Below are positions 52,671 to 61,100 of a stretch of DNA of 64,000 nt, piece after piece. Position 1 is the stretch's first letter; each line of letters opens with the position of its first letter. The translations under genes and the position numbers were made by a program. The stretch covers positions 11,631 to 75,630 of the forward strand of contig JACVGT010000031.1 of assembly GCA_018992685.1 (NCBI GenBank), given 5' to 3'. This stretch comes from Theionarchaea archaeon (GTDB lineage: Archaea; Methanobacteriota_B; Thermococci; Methanofastidiosales; SZ-28-30). Below the pieces are notes generated by a model. That model did not search any database and was not told where the DNA came from. It saw only the letters and a program-made list of their open reading frames with translations.

Positions 52671-53210
52671 ATGCATATTTCACCGCCACAGACTTCTCCA
52701 ACTGTTTATTCAACACCTGAAGGTGAATATGACTATGTGGCGTCTTCACCTTATTATAGAGCTTCTTTCAAGGGGGCCCAGGTCAGGATCAGTGTTTCTG
52801 GAGGGTGGGTTGAATTCAATCTCAGAGAGAAAAGGTTGAAAGTTGGAGAAGAGGCAAATTCTGACATTTCGATGAGCAACAAGGAAAGAACGTCTTTTGG
52901 CAAGAACCTCATATCCGTGAGCAAAAACAAGTTGTTTGTTTCAAATATATTCGAGGGTAACGATTTGTCCTACATTGCAGAAACTTCCATACTTCAAGAG
53001 ACTCTGGTCCTCAGTCAATACGAACCCTTGGAACGGATAGTTTCAGAGATTTCGTGGGACGGATTGACACCTGAATTCCAGGAGGATGGATCAATACTCT
53101 TTTCAGGGGGAAAACCAGTCCTCAGAATCTTTCCACCCACGATGACTGATGCTCTTGGGAATATCTGTAATAGTCTTCACTACGAACAGGATACGAATTG
53201 CACAAGGTGA
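52671..53210 (+). pseudogene. Remnant of an RHS N-terminal module, paralogue of 57433-58167
   Basis: YDYVASSPYYRASFKG...SEISWDGLTPEF; no signal peptide and no RHS body downstream. Confidence 0.75.
53041..53184. repeat. 144-bp exact direct repeat, copy 1
   Basis: TTTCAGAGATTTCGTGGG...AGTCTTCACTACG, identical to 58016-58159. Confidence 0.95.
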
Positions 53211-53506
53211 TAGGAGGCACAAGGTGATACGAGATGTCGTATGCCATCAACTACATGATTAGATGCTTTATCAACCTTGTTCTTCTCAAAAAGGAGATTA
53301 ACAATCCCAGGATAACCAAGGTCTCTAATGAGTTCTTCTCCCCTGTCCTGCAGTTCTCTTCTTGAATAGATAGTCCTTTCTTTCTTTACTATGTCCCCTA
53401 CGAGCTTTCCAAAACTCAAATATTTGTATCCTCTTTCAATAAGGATAGTGCACAATGTGGTTTTACCTGCTCCAATGGGCCCTGAGACACCTATGAATTT
53501 CCACAT
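53180..53506 (-). pseudogene. P-loop nucleoside-monophosphate / dephospho-CoA kinase-like gene, 3'-truncated
   Basis: GPIGAGKTT, LSFG, R.ELQ..GE, VVDGIRH, then reads into the junction repeat near 53230. Confidence 0.75.
53200..53229. repeat. 13-bp tandem duplication GCACAAGGTGATA at the island junction
   Basis: Copies at 53200-53212 and 53217-53229 separated by GGAG; core CAAGGTGATA also at 58160-58169. Confidence 0.9.
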
Positions 53507-54482
53507 TTTTCTTCACACTTCATGAATATACCTGTACCCTGTAAATGAAACACGTTCTTGTCCCCGAGGACCTCTCTCGCAGCCATCCTTTCTCCTACAG
53601 TCTTGATCCAGTTCTCAGAATAATAGTGGTCAAAGGCCAGTATCCCTCCCCTTGGGATATTCTCATAGACGAGCTCAAGGGCAGCCTTCGTTGGACTATA
53701 GTTATCGGTGTCAAAGAAGGAGAATGCGAAACTTTTTCCCTCTAAGACATGAATGTTATCCACTATATCTCCTCTAACAAGTTCAATATCATAGTTCTTG
53801 CAGTAGGTTTGAACAAAGTCAACATCTTTGAATTCACACGTTGTTTCGCTGAACAGATCCAGAGTACTTCTTCTCGGAGGATATCCAGCAAATGTGTCAA
53901 AAGTATAGATTTTCTTATTGTTTCCAAGCATCTCAAGGACTTTTGCCATGAAAACTGTTGTCCCGCCCTGGAACGTTCCAAATTCAGCCACATCGCCTGG
54001 GACAGCGTTGTCAGTAATGTAGAGAAGCGACTGATAAATGTGAGTTAGCATAAGAGGGTAGCCATGTGCTTTAGGTTTAACAGGAAGCGATTCAAGGATT
54101 CCTTGGAAACATGGGTCATCAAATTCATAGTTCCTAGTTCCATAAAGGATAATCTGTGGCATCCTTCCATCAATGGCGGAGAATGCCTTAAGGACTTCTT
54201 CCTTTTCCATATCATAAAGAATAACCAATGTATCGAATTCCATGTGTTGCACTTCTTTGGGGGATTTACCTCAAGATCAAAGATTCTCAACCCATGCTTT
54301 GAAGAGTCGTGATCTACAATCCCCGCTATGTAATGCGACAATCCCACGACATGAAGATGGGAGACCAACTGAATGCATTCAAGAGTGAATCCCCAAAAAA
54401 GTATCTTGCTGTCTTCTTGGATGCACCTGAGAATTTCATTCTGCACCCTGCAGTACTCCATGTCATTCTTGTCACTTATCAC
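53491..54482 (-). CDS. TylF/MycF-family O-methyltransferase with N-terminal Rossmann-like domain, split by a -1 frameshift
   Basis: GDVAEFGTFQGGT, FDTFAGYP, FDTDNYSP, GGILAFDHY; upstream ILFWG...GIVDHD is in another frame, junction near 54255-54266. Confidence 0.8.
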
Positions 54483-55455
54483 GTGATCCTCCTCCCTCAT
54501 TCAATCTGGCCCTGATATATGCTGTAACAAGAAGGGTGAGATAGTCGATCTCTTCATCTCTAAGATCTCTTCCTTCAGGAATTCCATGCCAGTACTGGAT
54601 GCACTTCCTACAACACGTTCCTGTTGCATGCTGGGCATAGTAAATGATATTGCCCTGGTATGGTGTTTGATACCCATCACGGTAGGGCTGCAACCTGCCT
54701 TTCAAATCATAGACAGTCCCAACGGATTTCTGTATTCTCTTTCTCGAAAGGACCTGAAGGTCTGTCTTCCTGGAAATAGCATGGTCCAGAGCTTTCTGAT
54801 CAATCTCTACATTCCACCAGTGAGTTCTCCACCATTCTTTCTTGAGCTCCTGGATAGTGGCAGCAATATCATCACTATCTCTGCGGTGAAGCCTTTTCCA
54901 GTCTACAACATCAGCGCCGCAATTCCTGCAGCAGGGGTATCCCTCTTTGTTTCGAATAGAAGACTTGAAAAAAGAATGCAGCCCGCTCTCACAATCAGAG
55001 AAGTAAGGATTCATGTCACTTTTTTTCGGTGGTCCATCAAGCGTCTCCTGGACATATTTCTGATTCTCCTGGCTCCATACAACCCAGCCTCTTCTGTCAG
55101 TCTTTCTAACGTAGTAGGGGATTACTTCACTGACATTATCTAGGAAAACCAGAGTTGCATACCTACTATTCTTTATCTCACGCAGGAAATCGTTCTTAAT
55201 CTGGAGACCATCATTGAAAGAATTGACAAGTTCCTGAATCCTCTCTGAAGTCAGTCCTTCGAAGTACTTTGTATCTTTAACAATTGCCTCCCCCCTCACA
55301 GGGCCCCTACTCTCTTTTAGGAGAATCTTGTCACCTTTACTAACCTTTCTGAAAGGAGGAGCCTTCACTTTCGAGAATCTTGCCTCTATTGTCTTTTTTC
55401 CTTCCAGAATCAGGTCAAGATACTCTTTATATAGAACTGCCAGGTGGATCTTCAT
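54472..55455 (-). CDS. ASCH (PUA-like) domain fused to a zinc knuckle and a DUF4186-like domain
   Basis: HLAVL...YLDLILEGKKTIEARFS...PF..V..GD; CCRNCG; QTPYQGNIIYYAQHATGTCCRKCIQYWHGIP. Confidence 0.78.
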   Translation of the reverse strand: MKIHLAVLYKEYLDLILEGKKTIEARFSKVKAPPFRKVSKGDKILLKESRGPVRGEAIVKDTKYFEGLTSERIQELVNSFNDGLQIKNDFLREIKNSRYATLVFLDNVSEVIPYYVRKTDRRGWVVWSQENQKYVQETLDGPPKKSDMNPYFSDCESGLHSFFKSSIRNKEGYPCCRNCGADVVDWKRLHRRDSDDIAATIQELKKEWWRTHWWNVEIDQKALDHAISRKTDLQVLSRKRIQKSVGTVYDLKGRLQPYRDGYQTPYQGNIIYYAQHATGTCCRKCIQYWHGIPEGRDLRDEEIDYLTLLVTAYIRARLNEGGGSRDK

Positions 55456-55757
55456 GTAGACCACCTTTCTTTCCTGCACGAGCAAAATACAGTCTCCAGG
55501 ATTTTCCTGTATTCGCCCACATATGGCTGACAAGTAGATATCTGCATGTCATTGTGGTACAGGATATTGTGAATCTCAAGGAGCTTCTTCAACCTATACT
55601 GCAAGGGAGGGTAGAAATCATCCATATACTTGTCTGTGAGGTTCTGCGTCATTTTCTTGAACTCCTCAGGAAATCGTCTGATCAATGAACGTTTCATTCT
55701 TTCATCACTTCTGAGAAATCCAACACATACATTGTCGACTTCTGCTCCTGCAAAAGC
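55452..55757 (-). pseudogene. 5'-truncated gene, possibly the C-terminus of an SplB-like radical SAM protein
   Basis: Frame is open above the track start (AFAGAEVDNVCVGFLR...RRFP...YPPLQYR...ISTC...CSC) with no proper start; stop overlaps the ASCH ATG (ATGA). Confidence 0.45.
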
Positions 55758-56530
55758 TACAATGGAACCCCTCTCTCTTCTAGAAGTGCAGGCAAATATA
55801 TGTGAAAAGTTGTGCCCAAGCCTACTTCAGACTCCACATCGATGTACCCATCATGGTCTTTGATGATAGCATGACTGATAGCCAGCCCTAATCCATTTCC
55901 TTGCTTCTTTGTTGTAAAATAAGGATCAAATATCTTTCTCAGATTTTCCTTCATTATCCCCATTCCTCTATCTTGCACAGATATCTTCACGTATTTCCCT
56001 CTCTTCATAGGAAATATATCACTCCTTTCAACGATGACATTTTCAGCACCTACTTTGATAGTTCCGCTTGCATCCATTGCTTCAGCTGCATTGGTAATGA
56101 GATTCCTGATTACTGCACAAATTTCCGTTTCGTTGATACTTACTAGCCACAAATCATCCTGTATTGCACATTCACACTTGGAATTCAATCCATTAAGGGT
56201 AGACTCCCTTGTATCTTTCAGTAGCTTTGATAGGGAAACTATTTCTTTTTCTGCTTTTTTTAGTGCTCCCTGCGAAGATACAATAAGGAATTGCTGAACC
56301 ACATCTCTTCCTCTCAAAGCTGCTTTCTCTATTTGTGTCAAAATTCTAGAGATATCCTCTTCTTGATTGGCATGGGCTCTAGCTAGAAAAACATTCAGTT
56401 GAATTGAAGTAAGAATATTCTTGAAGTCATGAGCAATTCTACTTACGGCTGCATCAGGTTCATCCGGCGAATGGATGAAAGATCCACTCCCCAATTGAGG
56501 CAGTGCTTTACTCAGCTTTGTACTCATCAT
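55757..56530 (-). CDS. Sensor-less histidine kinase (HisKA plus HATPase)
   Basis: IAHDFKNIL H-box, NLITNA, DRGMG, IFDPYFTTK, GNGLGL. Confidence 0.9.
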   Translation of the reverse strand: MMSTKLSKALPQLGSGSFIHSPDEPDAAVSRIAHDFKNILTSIQLNVFLARAHANQEEDISRILTQIEKAALRGRDVVQQFLIVSSQGALKKAEKEIVSLSKLLKDTRESTLNGLNSKCECAIQDDLWLVSINETEICAVIRNLITNAAEAMDASGTIKVGAENVIVERSDIFPMKRGKYVKISVQDRGMGIMKENLRKIFDPYFTTKKQGNGLGLAISHAIIKDHDGYIDVESEVGLGTTFHIYLPALLEERGVPL

Positions 56531-57432
56531 ATCGTCTTCCCATGTATTCTTTTCTTTCCTGAGCTATCCCTTCTCAGCCGTGTATTGTCTCTCTTATACC
56601 CGCCTTCATATATTGATTAACAGACGAGAAAGGTAATGTTATAAATATACCGCTGAAAAGAGTGAAAAATTCCTCTACGAATAGGAGAACACAATCTGCA
56701 AGACTTCCTCTATATGGCATGAAAATTGCAGAAAGTAGGTATTTGCCTGATAGCTGGTTGACTACTAAAAGAGAGCAGGCTGAGCAAAATGAGGCAGGAT
56801 ACCCCAGACTTCTCCAGCTTCTTCTTCCACCAATGGGAATCCATCCCTCAAAATGCTCAACGTGCTGTTCTGAAGCAGTGAGGATAATGGTTTGATCATG
56901 TGAAGAGGAAAAGAAGAATTCAGCCTATCAAATCTACAGTCACAGGTATGACGAGCCTTGAGTACCTGATTGTGGGATTGCAGCAGTATTGGATTATTCT
57001 ATTGTTGCAGTACACAGATATGTGAATAAGGCCTTGAAAGAGTAAGCAATCATGACACAGAAATCGGATTAGAACCTGGTCCGAAGAGAAGGGCAGCATT
57101 ATTCATGTTTGAGGACAAGTACAAAGCATTTGGGGAGCTCAAGAGATTATCTAACGTAATATTCATCATTATTTATCAACTCTCTGATCATTATGGTATC
57201 TTACGATAACCGGGTAAAATCCATGAGGATTTCTGGATACAAGAATATGATGAAAAAGCAGAAGTTGCAGAAGTTGTTATAGAGGAGACAAAGAAATCTA
57301 AGTTTACCAGAGTATCTCTAGAATTACTTCTCAATGCTCGGTTTTGCGAGAATGGAGAGTTTTCTCACTTTTCCGATCAATAGTTATATATAAGTTTTCT
57401 TGATGCAAGAATAAAAGAAATGAGGTGACAAA

Positions 57433-58167
57433 ATGAAAAAGATACAAGCAGGAATCTTGATAACCATTCTCATTATGGCAAATATTGCCAGTATTCAAGC
57501 TTTAGAAATTACTCCTTCAGATGAAGGAGCACCAAAACAGGAAGTGAGCATACATATGAATCCATTGCAGCATCTGTATCAGATTTTAAAGAATCTCTTC
57601 AGCACGATTTTAGAGAATCTCTTCAGCACTGTAGGACTTCTGTTTCAACCTGCTCCAAAGCACAGTACACCACTACCGACCTCTCCAATAATTCATTCAG
57701 CCGCAGATAGTAACTTCGACTATGTAGCATCCTCGCCCTACTACAAAGCTTCTTTCAAAGGTGTAAAGACGAGAATCAATGTCCCTGAAGGATGGATTGA
57801 GTTCAACCTCAAAGAGAACAGGGTGAAAGCAGGAGAAATGGCTGAACTCGAGAGTAATAAGGAGAGAGTGTCACTCACCAACTCATCAACTGTCAGCGAA
57901 AACAAATTGTTTGTTTCTGACGTGTTTGAAGCTACCGATCTGGACTATGTAGCAGAAACTTCTGTACTCCATGAGATTTTGGTTCTCAAACAATACAAGT
58001 CCTTCGACCGAATTATTTCAGAGATTTCGTGGGACGGATTGACACCTGAATTCCAGGAGGATGGATCAATACTCTTTTCAGGGGGAAAACCAGTCCTCAG
58101 AATCTTTCCACCCACGATGACTGATGCTCTTGGGAATATCTGTAATAGTCTTCACTACGCAAGGTGA
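57433..58167 (+). CDS. Secreted N-terminal module of the RHS protein, separated by a frameshift
   Basis: Signal peptide MKKIQAGILITILIMANIASIQA; GGTGA SD; stop overlaps the GTG of the RHS ORF. Confidence 0.75.
   Translation: MKKIQAGILITILIMANIASIQALEITPSDEGAPKQEVSIHMNPLQHLYQILKNLFSTILENLFSTVGLLFQPAPKHSTPLPTSPIIHSAADSNFDYVASSPYYKASFKGVKTRINVPEGWIEFNLKENRVKAGEMAELESNKERVSLTNSSTVSENKLFVSDVFEATDLDYVAETSVLHEILVLKQYKSFDRIISEISWDGLTPEFQEDGSILFSGGKPVLRIFPPTMTDALGNICNSLHYAR
57582..57629. repeat. 24-bp in-frame tandem duplication (1 mismatch)
   Basis: GATTTTA(A/G)AGAATCTCTTCAGCAC x2, encoding ILKNLFST/ILENLFST. Confidence 0.85.
58016..58159. repeat. 144-bp exact direct repeat, copy 2
   Basis: Identical to 53041-53184. 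Confidence 0.95.
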
Positions 58168-61100
58168 TAGATGAGGAAGGATTGGAATGGCTACGGCAGG
58201 CTCAGTACCCAGTAACAATAGATCCTACAATGGAAACATTTGAAGATGCTTGGGAAACTTCTGGATTCCAGCCCTATGGACAGTATTTTCAGGATATTGG
58301 AGGAACGGTTGGCATTCTCAATGGTCATTTGAATGTAACACAGACAGATCTTGCAGTGCCGGGTAGAGGCCTGGATCTGGTAATCACTAGAACGTATGAA
58401 ACTCCAGCGGTATTTCACATGGCAGAACCCTATGGTTATACACCATGCCCCATAGATATTGGCAAGGGGTGGAGGCTAGACTTCCCGTACGTTGGCGATG
58501 ATTACATCTATTTGATGGGAGGTGGTGCATACAAGATAGACTGGGTCAATAGCGCCTTCGAGAACCATATCGGCAGTCACTTTATTCTTGTCAAGAATCC
58601 TGACAACACCTATGCCCTGACAGTGGCAGATGGTACTATCTGTAGATTCAGTACTGATGGCAAACCCACCCAGATTATTGACAAAGATCAGAACGCGATA
58701 ACCTTCAATTACGATGGCGGGACACTCGTTTCGCTTACTGATACTATCGGACGCACAGTTGCTTTCAGCTATTCTGACGGTCGTCTGAAGAAGATTCTGT
58801 ACAATGGCGCAGAGATAGAGTATGGCTACAACAGCAATGGAAATCTCATTTGGGTGGATGATTTTCTTGATCGAAGGACAAGCTACTACTATGATTCGGA
58901 CTGGTGGGAATGGGCTGATGGAGTGACTTTCTACCAGAAAGAGAATGTCTATCTGCTCTCCAAAGTCGTCTATTCCACTGGTGGCTATACCGTATATGAT
59001 TATGGCAGGTTCTCCTACGAAGAAGTCTATGGTGATGATGGCACTTGCCTGGATTACTTCAAGTACTACGTTGAAGATGAGCGAGCATATGAGACAAATC
59101 AAGTTAGACACACTGTATTCTCATACTCCGGCAGTTTTCATGCAATTATAGGTTGTGTGATGGCCATAAAAGACGAGGCAGATGTTGTTCAAGGATACTA
59201 TGATTATAGTATAGACATGAATACCGGCCTCGTTACACAAGGTGTTACAAGTGATGCATCGGGTGTTGCGTTTCGGAAACTCAAATACTCCTACAACTCC
59301 AGGAAGGAAGTTATCAAAGTGGAGGTATATAACGATGGTACAAATCTCTCATATACAGAATATTATGCCTATGATAACTGGGGAAACCTAGTCTATGCGA
59401 GGCAACCAGAAGGTCATGAGCAGTTCTTTTCCTATGCGAATACATCTACATCAGGATTCTTCATAGACGATACCGGTACAGTGATGTGTAATTTCACTAA
59501 TGCTGTCTCGAATTGCCCAGTGCCAAGTTCTGTGCATACCGCCCTGCTAGGCCAGGCTGAAAAGCAAGATGAAGTTCATGTGAAAGAAGTCTATTTGACA
59601 TACGATTCTGAGGCTCACCCCGTTCAACAAGAATCTCTTTTTGGAAATTACACAACCTGGATCACTTTTTCAGGAACCTTCAATGAAGAAACAAATTCAA
59701 CGAGTTTCCCCATTGGCCTGACAGATCATACGGTAGTTGGAAACGCTGTATTGGAGATAACTGGGCTACCCTCTGATGACATTTATTCAGAGAGTCTCTC
59801 AGTCACTTGTCCTCTCCCACCTTGCCAATGGTGTTCTGGATACTGGTCAGGCAAATACTACAGTGCTCGCTGGATAAACTGTTATCCTGTTTTCCCGCCG
59901 GATTGTGATGAGGGAAATGTATCCATCGGTCCCTTCGCACACCATCCTGGAACTCTGGGGTATCAGAGTTATACCACGGATCCCATCATGAGCAGCAATC
60001 AGTGTTCTCAGAAAACCAGCAGCCTTACTGTGACCACCAACTGGAGAGCATATCCAGTACAGGTACTGAGCAATCTGGATGGAGCTGCATGGAAGCAAGT
60101 GACTACAAATCTGATGAACGGCACGTCAAGAATTACTGTTCCAATAGAAGATGGTTCACATACTCTGAATTTCTCTGAATCTTCTTCGCAGAAAACCAAG
60201 TTCTCATGGACTTTACATGTCCCAGTAGACAATTTCCCTGAAACACATGCAATGACTCTAGGATTTGACACCTACGGCAACATCGTATCAGCGACCGGTC
60301 CTGATGAAACCACAGTCTCAATGTCCTACTCACCGGAGTATGGACATGCATATCGTACAGAAGTGTCTGCAATGGCCGGTGATCAATTCATTGTTCATAG
60401 AGCAACATATGACTACTATATGGGCTGGATGACTTCACACACGAATCCTGACGGTACTGACTATCAATATGCTTTCGACATATTGGGAAGAATCATAAAA
60501 AGAGAATATCCATTGTTGGAAGGGCAATCAGAAAGATCTTATGAAGAAGCTATATATGACGATGCTGAGAGAACAACTACTATCATCGATCCTCTCAGAC
60601 ACTACGTCGTTACCTACTACGACAGGCTCGGAAGAAGAGTACTTGTAAATGCATTTGAAGGTTCCTACGGATCGGGTACCACACACGCATCAACAACATT
60701 TGCGTATAGATATGATGGCAGGTTGGTGTCTATGACAGACTCGGACAGCAACACATTTTACTACTCCTATGATTTTCTTGGTCGATGTACTCAAAAGATT
60801 GCTCCAGATTCAACGCAAGTCTCTTACTACTATGATGATACCAACAATGAGGTTACCTTCGTTGATGCAAATGGCTTTGGTAGAAGAGCATGGTATGATT
60901 GGCTAGGAAGATTGAAGAAACTAGAGGAAGAATACAGTGCTGATGCTTTTGCCGTCACAACCATTCAATATAACAAAATCGGTCAGATAACATCCCTCAC
61001 AGATGCAGAAAATCATGTGATTAGCTGCTTCTATGAATCCTTGTTTGGACCAACGAGACAAACATTCTCTGATGGCACCTCTCAAGAATATGTATATGAT

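Noticed and set aside
56600-57400. Short ORF fragments between the kinase and the RHS module
   Set aside because: They are interrupted by stops in all frames and cannot be assigned.
53041-58159. Diversity-generating retroelement template/variable repeat pair
   Set aside because: The copies are identical with no adenine-specific mismatches, and there is no reverse transcriptase in the window.
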